A stretch of 63,765 bases of DNA, filler included, from Deltaproteobacteria bacterium (GTDB taxonomy: Bacteria > JAUYMQ01), in NCBI GenBank assembly GCA_030698575.1. It is 15 parts of 15 records of this genome, joined end to end, with 100 filler letters (N's around TTAATTAATTAA, not from the genome) between each part and the next. Parts side by side here need not be neighbours in the genome. Positions count along the whole stretch, not along the records: positions 26,451 to 34,399 come from JAUYMQ010000322.1; positions 34,500 to 41,119 come from JAUYMQ010000329.1; 13 more parts are not named here. One strand, given 5' to 3'. The position numbers and the translations under genes were made by a program. This document shows, in pieces, positions 27,272 to 37,838 of the stretch (the first letter of the stretch is position 1; the number at the start of each line of letters is the position of its first letter). Under the pieces are notes generated by a model. That model was not told the origin of the DNA, ran no database searches, and saw nothing but the letters and a program-made list of their open reading frames with translations.

Positions 27272-28768
27272 TCAGACGCGCGCCGCGAACATGCGCTGAT
27301 AGTGGCGGTACCAGTCGCTCTGGAAGCGCTCCTGGGGGTCGTGCGCCCGTTTCAGCTTCAGGAATCCCCCGAACTGCGGGTAGGTGGCCGTGACCTGCTG
27401 GCGCGTCGCCCAGCGGTGGTAGGTCAGGAAGTAGCTGCCGTCGAAGCCGATGGCGCGGTCGATCAGGCGGCGAAAGTCGGCCTTGGCCTTCTCGATCCCC
27501 TTGGCGCCATGATCCACGTGAAGGTTGAAGATCGTGCAGGCATAGGGCTGCTTCGCCCAGGCGAGGAAGCTCTCGTCGTCTCGCTCGATGAGACGGATGG
27601 TGCCGTAGATCAAGCTGACGTCGTTCTTGCGGAAGTCTTTCCTTACCCGCCGCAGGAACGGCACGAGGGCGTCGCGGGGCACGTAGATCTCCGTGATCAT
27701 CTCGGTGCCAGGCGTGCGGGCGCCGAGACGGCGATCGAGCTCCAGGTGGTAGTCATCGATGTAGGTGCTGAGCTGATGGGTGTCGGACCAGTAGATCTGC
27801 CCCGAGGTGCCTGTGTAGTACTTCGCGTAGGCGTCGAAGGCAGCCTTCTTGTCGGCATGGGCGAGATAGAGAAGCTCGCGCCAGTCGGCTTCCGAGAGCG
27901 ACTTCTGCTTCTCCGGGATGTCCACGGGCGTATCGAGCGGGAGGTAGCAGGAGAAAACGCCCTTCTCGAGAAAATCATCGGAGCCGTCATCGGTCGAGAA
28001 CTGAAAGTCGCCGAACTCGAAGCCTTCCTCCTTGCGCTTATCGAGAGCCGGCATGAGGGATTCGAGCTCGATGAGCTCCACGACGCGTTTCACCTGGCGG
28101 CGCGGCGAGAGCCTGAGCGTCACCGTGACGATAATTCCGAACAGTCCGTAGCCGCCGATCGCGAGCTTGAACAGCTCGGCGTTCTCCGATCGGCTGCAAT
28201 TCCGGATCTCGCCGCCGGGCCCCATGGTTGTGAACGACTCGACGTCGTCGATGATGGGTTTCATTCTGAGGCCGCGACTGTGGATGTTCGACGCGAGCGC
28301 GCCGCCCAGGCTGAGCCGGTCGGCGCCCGTCTGCTTCTGCCGGATTCCCCAGGGCGCCTCGCTCTCGGTTTGCCGCGCCAGCAGCCAGTCGATGAGCTGG
28401 GGCCACTGGATTCCCGCTTCGGCCTCCACCAGGCCCTCGTCGTTGTCGAAGGCGCGCACACGGTTGAACCGGTTCATGTCGATGAGCACACTGTCCGCGC
28501 CGAACTGCTGCCCGCCCATCGAGTGCCTGCCCCCGGCGATGCTGACGGGGCGGCCGATGCGCGCCGCGCGGCTGAGCGCGTCAGCCATTTCCCCCAGCGA
28601 AGCCGGGCGTTCGATGCGGCTGACCCGCGTCGGGTTCAGCTGTGAGTGAACGTCGTTGACGACCGTCCCCTTGCCGGCCCACGTTCCCCGGTTGCAGCCG
28701 TAGGGCGCAAGCAGCGCCAGCGCCGAGGCCCGCGCGCTCCGCTCGAGGAACTCTCTTCTCGTCAGCAT
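27272..28768 (-). CDS. Tat-exported FAD-binding oxidoreductase (VAO/PCMH fold)
   Basis: TRREFL Tat motif, GGRHSMGGQ FAD His motif, SLGGALASNIH, AIGGYGLFG, C-terminal HDPQERFQS. Confidence 0.88.
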   Translation of the reverse strand: MLTRREFLERSARASALALLAPYGCNRGTWAGKGTVVNDVHSQLNPTRVSRIERPASLGEMADALSRAARIGRPVSIAGGRHSMGGQQFGADSVLIDMNRFNRVRAFDNDEGLVEAEAGIQWPQLIDWLLARQTESEAPWGIRQKQTGADRLSLGGALASNIHSRGLRMKPIIDDVESFTTMGPGGEIRNCSRSENAELFKLAIGGYGLFGIIVTVTLRLSPRRQVKRVVELIELESLMPALDKRKEEGFEFGDFQFSTDDGSDDFLEKGVFSCYLPLDTPVDIPEKQKSLSEADWRELLYLAHADKKAAFDAYAKYYTGTSGQIYWSDTHQLSTYIDDYHLELDRRLGARTPGTEMITEIYVPRDALVPFLRRVRKDFRKNDVSLIYGTIRLIERDDESFLAWAKQPYACTIFNLHVDHGAKGIEKAKADFRRLIDRAIGFDGSYFLTYHRWATRQQVTATYPQFGGFLKLKRAHDPQERFQSDWYRHYQRMFAARV

Positions 28769-28829
28769 AGATCCCCCCTGGAACCGGTCACTCCCTGCCC
28801 GACGCCATCTTGCCAGAAGCCGGCCGGCG

Positions 28830-29492
28830 TTACATCCGTTCCCTTGCGTCGCCGCCTGCCGCCTCGAGGTTGATAAGAATCCGGGCGCTCAGGAAGATCA
28901 GGAAGAGCCCGACGGCCTGAAGCAGATGATAAAGCGCGTTGTGATTGAAATAGGAAGGGTGCAGCCCGATCCCGGCCTGCTGCAGCGCGGCGGCCGCGAG
29001 TGTGAGCGCCAAACCGCACAATCCCCAGAGGGTCGATGGCCCGGCCTGCCGCCTTGCACGAATCGCGTACACGGCCAGCAGGAAAAGCGCCGCGGGCAGG
29101 TAGTTCACCACGGCCACGCGGAAGCTCGTGCTCACGAAAAGCACCGTCGCGGCGTAAGCCAGAAATCCGGCGAGGGCGGCCAGCTCGATCCGCCGCGCCG
29201 CTCCGGGTGAAAATTGCAGCCGCGCGCCGATGATCCAGGCGGAAAGCGCGGTGACCCCCACGCCGAGAAGCGTGGCGGGCCAGAGAACGGCGTCCCCCAG
29301 GGAAGACGGGTCCAGGAAGTATCCGTGGAACGTTCCCCCCAGGAACGATGTCACGCTGATCGACGCGAAGAAGATCACCCAGGGGACACGGAGACCGTTC
29401 GCGCCGCTTTCCCGTCGCCAGAGCAGCCAGGCCAGCGCGGCGCACTCCAGGGCCAGGCCGTAGTCCGTCAGCGTGACATCGGGTTCGGTCAC
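28830..29492 (-). CDS. Multi-TM membrane protein (DUF6962-like)
   Basis: MTEPDVTLTDY, GGTFHG, FNHNALYH; about seven hydrophobic helices. Confidence 0.7.
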   Translation of the reverse strand: MTEPDVTLTDYGLALECAALAWLLWRRESGANGLRVPWVIFFASISVTSFLGGTFHGYFLDPSSLGDAVLWPATLLGVGVTALSAWIIGARLQFSPGAARRIELAALAGFLAYAATVLFVSTSFRVAVVNYLPAALFLLAVYAIRARRQAGPSTLWGLCGLALTLAAAALQQAGIGLHPSYFNHNALYHLLQAVGLFLIFLSARILINLEAAGGDARERM

Positions 29493-29977
29493 CCGGCCTC
29501 CCGGTCAGGCTTTGACCAGGGCCACCACCGGCCGGTGTGGTACCGGCTGAACGTCAGGAGGTAAGCCGCCAGGACGAAGTGAAACCAGATCGGGATGGTC
29601 CCGCCGAACCATCGCCGTTCCGGATGCAGGCTCATCGTCAGGACGTAGCGCACGGCCATCGAGGTCGCATAGAAGACGGCGAACCACTGCACCAGCGCTG
29701 CTCCGCGCCGACGATCCCCCGTGAAGTATCCGCTCCCGCGGAGGAAGTCGGTGCAGATCTTCGCCTGCAGCAGAAGGATCAGCACCTGGCTGGCGAGAAG
29801 CCAGGGGTAGGGCAGAAGTCCGGACATCCACGCCTCCATCGGCGGCAGCCATGAGACGTGGAAAAAGGCGACGAGAAACTGCCCCAGCACGCGCAGGAAG
29901 AAGAGAAAGGTCAGCGCGCACAACCAAACGGCAACTGTAAGGCTCTTCGGCGGGGCACCGGAACGCGGCTTCATCAC
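29489..29977 (-). CDS. Hypothetical membrane protein
   Basis: About four hydrophobic helices; W.SGLLPYPWLLASQ and IPIWFHFVLA; GTGA overlap with the next gene. Confidence 0.7.
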   Translation of the reverse strand: MMKPRSGAPPKSLTVAVWLCALTFLFFLRVLGQFLVAFFHVSWLPPMEAWMSGLLPYPWLLASQVLILLLQAKICTDFLRGSGYFTGDRRRGAALVQWFAVFYATSMAVRYVLTMSLHPERRWFGGTIPIWFHFVLAAYLLTFSRYHTGRWWPWSKPDREAG

Positions 29978-30135
29978 CGCCTCCCCTTATCACCTGGCGC
30001 GCTCCATGCACAGCGCTTTTCCCGCTTGCGCTGTGCGTCGCCCCTTTCGAGGCCCCCCTGAACGGCCAGGAATATCAACAGGTTACGCGGCCTTCTAACC
30101 GATCCCTGCAAGCTCGGAAAAAATGCCGGCGGGCG

Positions 30136-30163
30136 GGAACCGATCTCCGGCCCGCGGGTCTAA
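30136..30163 (+). promoter_or_regulatory. ECF-sigma-type promoter
   Basis: GGAACC-N16-GTCTAA about 60 nt upstream of the RnfD-like start. Confidence 0.55.
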
Positions 30164-30224
30164 GCCCCAGGTCCAGGTCTTGAGGAGAGCATCGTTCGCG
30201 CGTCGCGCGGGCGAAGGAGGGCAG

Positions 30225-31121
30225 ATGCAGGCATCGAGATGGAACATGAGAACGGCGACGCGGGCGATCCAGGATCCGCGCCACTACCAGATCGCGACGC
30301 TGTCGCTTCTGCTTGCCTACGGCCTTCTGTTTCTCGACTTCGACATGGATGCGGCCAGGGCAACGCTCATCCTCGCCACCGCGCTTTCCACGCAGGCGCT
30401 CTGCAGCCGCATCAGTGGGCTGCCGCGCTTCGATCCGAAGAGCGCGTTCATCTCGGGGCTGAGCCTCTGTCTGTTGCTTCGCACGAATTCGCCGGAGATC
30501 GCCCTGGCCGCCGCCGCAGCGGCAGTCGCCAGCAAGTTCATCTTCCGCTGGCACGGCAAGCACATCTTCAACCCGACGAACTTCGGTCTCGTCGTCGCCA
30601 TCGGCCTCACCGGAGAAGCCTGGGTCTCGCCCGGCCAATGGGGGAGCGCCGCGTTCTTCGCGTTCCTGATGGCCTGCATTGGCGGACTGGTCATCCGCCG
30701 GGCCGCGCGGAGCGATGTCACCTACGCCTTCGTCTCGGCTTACGTGGCGATACTCGCTGCGCGGGCGCTCTGGCTGGGCGATCCGATCTGGATCCCCGTC
30801 CACCAGCTGCAGAACGGGGCGTTCCTTCTCTTCGCGTTCTTCATGATCTCCGATCCCAAGACCACGCCCGACTCGCGCCCCGGGCGCATCCTGTTCGCGA
30901 TTCTTGTCGCTCTCGGCGCGGGCTTCGTCCAGTTCGGGCTGTTCCGGACGAACGGACTTCTCTGGTCGCTGGCGCTCTTCGCGCTCGGCGTTCCCCTGAT
31001 CGACCGGATCCTTCCCGGCGGTCGCTATCACTGGAATCGAACCGGCTTTTCTCCCCGGCCCCTCAATGATGGAGCAAGCAATGAAAAAGAGTTTGGTCAT
31101 CGCAAGCCTCTTCCTGTTTAG
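30225..31121 (+). CDS. RnfD/NqrB-like membrane protein (stand-alone)
   Basis: SAFISGLSL, ASKF...HIFNPTNFG, FFMISDPKTTP. Confidence 0.8.
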   Translation: MQASRWNMRTATRAIQDPRHYQIATLSLLLAYGLLFLDFDMDAARATLILATALSTQALCSRISGLPRFDPKSAFISGLSLCLLLRTNSPEIALAAAAAAVASKFIFRWHGKHIFNPTNFGLVVAIGLTGEAWVSPGQWGSAAFFAFLMACIGGLVIRRAARSDVTYAFVSAYVAILAARALWLGDPIWIPVHQLQNGAFLLFAFFMISDPKTTPDSRPGRILFAILVALGAGFVQFGLFRTNGLLWSLALFALGVPLIDRILPGGRYHWNRTGFSPRPLNDGASNEKEFGHRKPLPV

Positions 31122-32424
31122 CCTGCTGCCCGCCCGCGCCGCTGATGCTTTCTGCGGCTTCTACGTGGCGAAAGCAGACACGACGCTGTTCAACAAGGCA
31201 TCGCAGGTGGTGCTCGTCCGGCACGACGACAAGACCGTGCTGACCATGGCGAGCGACTTCAAGGGCGACCCCAAGGAGTTCGCCATCGTCGTTCCGGTGC
31301 CGACCTTCATTGAACGCGAGCAGATTCACGTGGCCGACAAGGCGCTCATCGATCATCTCGATGCCTACTCGTCGCCGCGCCTGGTCGAGTACTACGACGA
31401 GAACCCCTGCCAGAGGATGGTCCGGGAAGAGCTCGCGTTCAAGAGCGCAGCACCCACGGGAGCCATGGACGCTGCGCGGGACAATCGGAGCCTTGGCGTC
31501 ACCGTCGAGGCGGAGTACACGGTGGGCGAGTACGACATCGTGATCCTCTCGGCGAAGCAGAGCGACGGGCTCGAGACCTGGCTCAAGACGAACGGCTACC
31601 GCATTCCCGACGGCGCATCGAAAGTGCTCAGGAGCTACATCCGCCAGGGCATGCGGTTCTTCGTGGCGAAGGTCAATCTCGAGGAGCAGACGAAGCTCGG
31701 CTTCTCCTATCTCCGCCCGCTGCAGGTGGCCTACGAGACGCCCAAGTTCATGCTCCCCATCCGGCTCGGCACGGTGAACGCCGACGGACCGCAGGAAATG
31801 TTCGTGTACGCCCTCACGCAGAAGGGCCGCGTCGAGACAACGAACTACCGCACCGTCAAGCTCCCGACGGGGATGGACATTCCGGCCTTTGTGAAGGAGG
31901 AGTTCGGCGACTTCTACAAGGCAATGTTCACCGAGCAGGTGCGGCGCGAGGACATGCGCTCGGTTTTCCTCGAATACGCCTGGGACATGGGTTGGTGCGA
32001 TCCTTGCGTCGCCGATCCGCTTTCGCGGGACGAGCTTCAGCAGCTCGGCGTCTTCTGGCTTGACGAGGGGCAGGGCATTCGGGCGCCGATGCCGGGCGGG
32101 GGGGCTCAGGACGTCTTCGTCACGCGCCTCCACGTCCGCTACGACGGCGCGCACTTCCCCGAGGATCTCGTCTTCCAGGAGACCTCGGATCGCGAGAACT
32201 TCCAGGGACGCTACGTGCTGCGCCACGCCTGGACCGGTGGCGAGAGCTGCCCGGCGGCTGAGGAGTATCGCGCCGGGCTCCCGGGTCGTCGCGACACGGA
32301 GGCGGAAACGCTTGCCTCGATCACCGGCTGGCGGCTTCCGGACATCCGCGAGAAGATGAACATCTCGGCGCCGAAGCCGGTCCCCTATGGGAAGAAGTGG
32401 TGGGAGCGCATCTGGGCGGAGTGA
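31081..32424 (+). CDS. DUF2330 family secreted protein
   Basis: Signal peptide then FCGFYV; FAIVVPVP, WLKTNGY, FFVAKV, MLPIRLG, EYAWD..WCDPC, FVTRLH. Confidence 0.85.
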   Translation: MKKSLVIASLFLFSLLPARAADAFCGFYVAKADTTLFNKASQVVLVRHDDKTVLTMASDFKGDPKEFAIVVPVPTFIEREQIHVADKALIDHLDAYSSPRLVEYYDENPCQRMVREELAFKSAAPTGAMDAARDNRSLGVTVEAEYTVGEYDIVILSAKQSDGLETWLKTNGYRIPDGASKVLRSYIRQGMRFFVAKVNLEEQTKLGFSYLRPLQVAYETPKFMLPIRLGTVNADGPQEMFVYALTQKGRVETTNYRTVKLPTGMDIPAFVKEEFGDFYKAMFTEQVRREDMRSVFLEYAWDMGWCDPCVADPLSRDELQQLGVFWLDEGQGIRAPMPGGGAQDVFVTRLHVRYDGAHFPEDLVFQETSDRENFQGRYVLRHAWTGGESCPAAEEYRAGLPGRRDTEAETLASITGWRLPDIREKMNISAPKPVPYGKKWWERIWAE

Positions 32425-32436
32425 GTGCCGTCCCTT

Positions 32437-32535
32437 CGCATGTCATTGCGTGGCGGGGCGAAGCCCCGACGAAGCAATCTCCCGGCAAGCGCGGGGGGGA
32501 TTGCTTCGTCGCTTCGCTCCTCGCAATGACATGCG
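32437..32535. repeat. Palindromic MITE-like element (GTCATTGCG...GAAGCAATC...GATTGCTTC...CGCAATGAC)
   Basis: Perfect 14-bp terminal IR CGCATGTCATTGCG; inner IR GACGAAGCAATC/GATTGCTTCGTC; between convergent genes. Confidence 0.8.
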
Positions 32536-32562
32536 CGCTGTCATGCGCCGGCGTGCGCCGGA

Positions 32563-34399
<1,837 letters not shown>

Positions 34400-34499
34400 N
34401 NNNNNNNNNNNNNNNNNNNNNNNNNNNNNNNNNNNNNNNNNNNTTAATTAATTAANNNNNNNNNNNNNNNNNNNNNNNNNNNNNNNNNNNNNNNNNNNN

Positions 34500-34785
34500 C
34501 ATTTCGGACATCGACAAGGCGAAGATGTGCTTCAACCTGGCGGTCGTTTATGAAAAATTGGAGAGCGACGGCGAAGCGCTGGTGTGGTGCGCGGCGGGCA
34601 TCGACTATGAGACGCGGCACGGGCGTTACTATGTGGCGGAGCAGCGCGCGGCCTACTACGCGCGCCAGGGGAAGCATCGCGAGAGCCTGAACGAATACAG
34701 GGATATCCTGGGGCGCCCGTCACTTGCAGAGCAGGAGAAGGAGCGAATCCGGCAAACCATCGAGGTGCTCGGCAAGCAAACCTGA
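34500..34785 (+). CDS. TPR-like protein, C-terminal part
   Basis: Helical repeat pattern FNLAVVYEKL...RAAYYARQGKHRESL. Confidence 0.55.
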
Positions 34786-34964
34786 CGAGGCCCGCCGGTG
34801 GGGACGGCCGCTGCCTCGGGCGGCTCCCACGGGTGATACCGCCGCCTCCCGTCGCTCACACCGTTGGCGGAAAATTAGACTGCGCCTCCGGGTAGCTGGT
34901 AAGATGCAGTAACTGGGCTGGAGGTCGTGCCAGAAGTCGATATCGACCCGGGGAGGGTGTCGCG

Positions 34965-35387
34965 ATGCCTTGGTGGGGTTGGTTGGTCGTGGGCGCGGTG
35001 CTCCTGGCGACGGAGACTGTAATCCAGACGGATTTCTGGCTGGCGTTGCTGGGTGTCGCCGCCTTCGCAATGGCGGCGCTCGTTCGTTTCGGGCTGATCG
35101 AGACCATCTGGATCCAGTGGGCCGCCTTCGGCGTTCTCGCGGTTTTCTTCTCGGTCTTCGTCCGGAGGCGGATTCACAAGCTGGTGGCCCCCGCGCCCGG
35201 ACTCAAGGCGGAGCTCATCGGAGAGTACGGGACCGTCCAGACCGAGATCGCGCCGGCAGGTGTCGGCACGATTGAACTACGCGGATCGAACTGGAAGGCG
35301 AGAAACGTGGGAGACAGCCCTCTTGCTGTCGGTGCGAGGGTGCGCGTGGAGGCCGTGGATGGATTCCTGCTCGACGTTCGAGTATGA
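34965..35387 (+). CDS. NfeD family protein
   Basis: WWGWLVVG...E, three TM helices, OB fold ELRGSNWKAR; precedes an SPFH gene. Confidence 0.88.
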   Translation: MPWWGWLVVGAVLLATETVIQTDFWLALLGVAAFAMAALVRFGLIETIWIQWAAFGVLAVFFSVFVRRRIHKLVAPAPGLKAELIGEYGTVQTEIAPAGVGTIELRGSNWKARNVGDSPLAVGARVRVEAVDGFLLDVRV

Positions 35388-35424
35388 CGCGGCTTCGATG
35401 ATGCCTGCATAGGGAGAGAATGGC

Positions 35425-36381
35425 ATGGGGACATTGATTGGCATCGGCGTTCTGGTCGCCCTCGTGATCGTGGTAATTGCGAAAACCGCCGTGGTCGTCC
35501 CGCAGCAGAACGCCTTCGTGATCGAGAATCTCGGCAAGTACAGTCGGACTCTCGATGCGGGATTTCACATCCTGGTGCCGTTCATCGAGCGCATTGCTTA
35601 CAAGCATTCTCTCAAGGAAGTCGCGTCGGACATTCCAGAACAGGTATGCATCACCAGGGACAACGTTCAGGTCCATGTTGACGGCGTGCTCTATCTCCAG
35701 GTGCTCGATCCGAAGCGAGCCTCCTATGGCATCGGCAACTTCTATTACGCCATCTCGCAGCTCGCCCAGACCACGCTACGAAGCGAGGTGGGCAAGATCG
35801 ATCTGGACCGGACATTCGAGGAGCGATCGACGATCAACGGCTACGTGGTTTCGGAGCTGGACAAGGCCTCGGAGGTCTGGGGCGTGAAGGTCCTGCGCTA
35901 CGAGATCAAGAACATCACGCCGCCCAAGGACGTGCTCCAGGCCATGGAGAAGCAGATGCGCGCCGAGCGCGAGAAGCGCGCCGTCGTTCTCGAGTCGGAG
36001 GGGCAGCGCGATGCCGCAGTCAATCGGGCCGAGGGCGACAAGCAGAAGGTGATCAAGGAATCTGAAGCAACACGGCAGCTGCAGATCAACGAGGCGCAGG
36101 GCGAGGCCGAGGCGATCCTGGCGGTTGCAACCGCCACTGCCGAGGGGCTGCGCCAGGTTGCCCAGGCGCTTCAGAGCCCTGGAGGAGATTCGGCGATGCA
36201 GTTGCGCATCGCCGAGCAGTACATCACCGAGTTCGGAAAGCTGGCCAAGGAAGGAAACACGTTCGTCGTGCCGTCGAACCTGAGCGACATCGCCTCGATC
36301 ATCGCGCTTGCCACGGGCGTGGTGCGCGACGGATCAGGCCGCTCCCTCGGAGGCCCGCCCAAGACGCCGATCGATCGCTGA
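35425..36381 (+). CDS. SPFH/stomatin-like (QmcA/paraslipin) protein
   Basis: QVCITRDNV, AQTTLRSEVG, WGVKVLRYEIK, QMRAEREKRA. Confidence 0.93.
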   Translation: MGTLIGIGVLVALVIVVIAKTAVVVPQQNAFVIENLGKYSRTLDAGFHILVPFIERIAYKHSLKEVASDIPEQVCITRDNVQVHVDGVLYLQVLDPKRASYGIGNFYYAISQLAQTTLRSEVGKIDLDRTFEERSTINGYVVSELDKASEVWGVKVLRYEIKNITPPKDVLQAMEKQMRAEREKRAVVLESEGQRDAAVNRAEGDKQKVIKESEATRQLQINEAQGEAEAILAVATATAEGLRQVAQALQSPGGDSAMQLRIAEQYITEFGKLAKEGNTFVVPSNLSDIASIIALATGVVRDGSGRSLGGPPKTPIDR

Positions 36382-36417
36382 CGTCTTCAGCCGGGATTCA
36401 ATCCGTCCGCTACAACC

Positions 36418-37677
36418 CTACTCGCCGCGACCCGAATACCGCGAGGCGCTGTTGGCCTTGGCGGGTGACGCATAGGAAGCCTCCCAGCAGGGGCCCTGGA
36501 GCGCCAGGAGCTGGACGGTGACCTGGCTGTCTTCCGATAGGGGCATGGGCGGCATGGACAGGCCGTTGCCCCTTGCCTCCGCGCGAATGTCCGCGCGGCC
36601 ACCCACGCCCGGGCGGAGCGAGACGCGCGTTATGCCGCCGGCCGCAGGCGTCTTGTCCTTGTAATCGAAACGCCCCTTCTTCCCCGCCCAGTTGCCGCCC
36701 GGCGGCGCGAACGCGCTCATGACGAGAACGGGCGTGTCGCTCACGTGATCATAGACGCAGAGGCTGTAGGGCGTCCCCGTCTCCGGATGGCCGAACTCAT
36801 CGGTCGTCGTCGCGGCGCCGTTCGACCAGCGCCACCGCCAGCCGTGCTTCGAGCCCTTCACGGAAAGTTCGAATGCCGCCCGCCCGGCCGCCACGGGACT
36901 GCGACAATCGTTGCGGGGCGCGGCGCCGCAAACGGCCGAGGTGGGCTGCGCGAACGCCAGGCTCTCGAAGCGGCCGGAGGGGACTTTCTCCACCAGCGTT
37001 GCGACGCCGGTCGCCTTGTCGATCGTTCCCGTTTCGCCCGGTGGATCGGTGACGGTCCAGAGCGTGTCGTCAGGCGCGAACGCGATGCCTCCGCCGGACA
37101 TGGTCGTCAGGTTCACGAGCGCCCCGACCGGAGCCGCCGCGCCCGTCGAGGTGTTGATCATGACCAGGTTGTTCGCGCCGTCGCCGCCGAGGCCGTAAAG
37201 CGTCGTGCCGAAGGCCGCGAGCCCCGTGACGGACTGGCCCATCGGTCCCACGGCCGAAGCGGCGCCCGACAGCGGGTCGACGGCGTAGAGGGTCTGACTG
37301 CTCCCCGCGCTCATCCAGAGGTTGCCCATCTGGTCGAAGGCAAGTCCGAGCCCCGCCACGGTAACGCCGAGATTGCCCGCACCCGCGCCGACGGCAGTGC
37401 CGGCGCCGGTCAATCTGTCGATGTTCAGGAGCGTTCCGGTTGCGGCGTCGACGCCGTGGAGCACGCCCGTCAGTGGATGAAAGGTCAGGCCCTCCACGTC
37501 GGCAAAGCCCACCGGCCCCACGAGGTTCTCCTGGCCGGTCGAGAGATCAAGGCGGTAGAGCTTGTCGTCGCCCTCGGAGGAGACCGAGTAGGCGAACACC
37601 TGGGCCTCTGCAGGGCCGCCGGCCAGAAAAAGGAAGAGGACGGTCAGTATGGCGAGTGCCTGGACTCGAAGCATCAT
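36418..37677 (-). CDS. Secreted beta-propeller protein with a Cys-flanked C-terminal domain
   Basis: Signal peptide ending AEA; blades IDxxTGAxTxVG / GLAF; separate domain starting CGAAPRNDC. Confidence 0.75.
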   Translation of the reverse strand: MMLRVQALAILTVLFLFLAGGPAEAQVFAYSVSSEGDDKLYRLDLSTGQENLVGPVGFADVEGLTFHPLTGVLHGVDAATGTLLNIDRLTGAGTAVGAGAGNLGVTVAGLGLAFDQMGNLWMSAGSSQTLYAVDPLSGAASAVGPMGQSVTGLAAFGTTLYGLGGDGANNLVMINTSTGAAAPVGALVNLTTMSGGGIAFAPDDTLWTVTDPPGETGTIDKATGVATLVEKVPSGRFESLAFAQPTSAVCGAAPRNDCRSPVAAGRAAFELSVKGSKHGWRWRWSNGAATTTDEFGHPETGTPYSLCVYDHVSDTPVLVMSAFAPPGGNWAGKKGRFDYKDKTPAAGGITRVSLRPGVGGRADIRAEARGNGLSMPPMPLSEDSQVTVQLLALQGPCWEASYASPAKANSASRYSGRGE

Positions 37678-37774
37678 GAGATTCTCTTCGGAAATCCAGT
37701 GGATAGCTTGAGTTGGGGAGATCCGAGCCGCGGGGCCGGAGGGAGGGTCGGACCCGGGGGTCCCGGGTTCAGGG

Positions 37775-37810
37775 AAAAAAAAACCCCCGTCCCGGAGTCG
37801 GAACGGGGGT
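37775..37810 (-). terminator. Rho-independent terminator after the carotenoid oxygenase
   Basis: CCCCCGTTCCG-ACTC-CGGGACGGGGG followed by T9. Confidence 0.85.
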
Positions 37811-37838
37811 GGAAGTGACGCCGCGCGCGGCGGGCCTG

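Noticed and set aside
34798-34830. GTGGG...CCCAC hairpin as a REP or terminator
   Set aside because: Imperfect, single copy in the window and no U-tract
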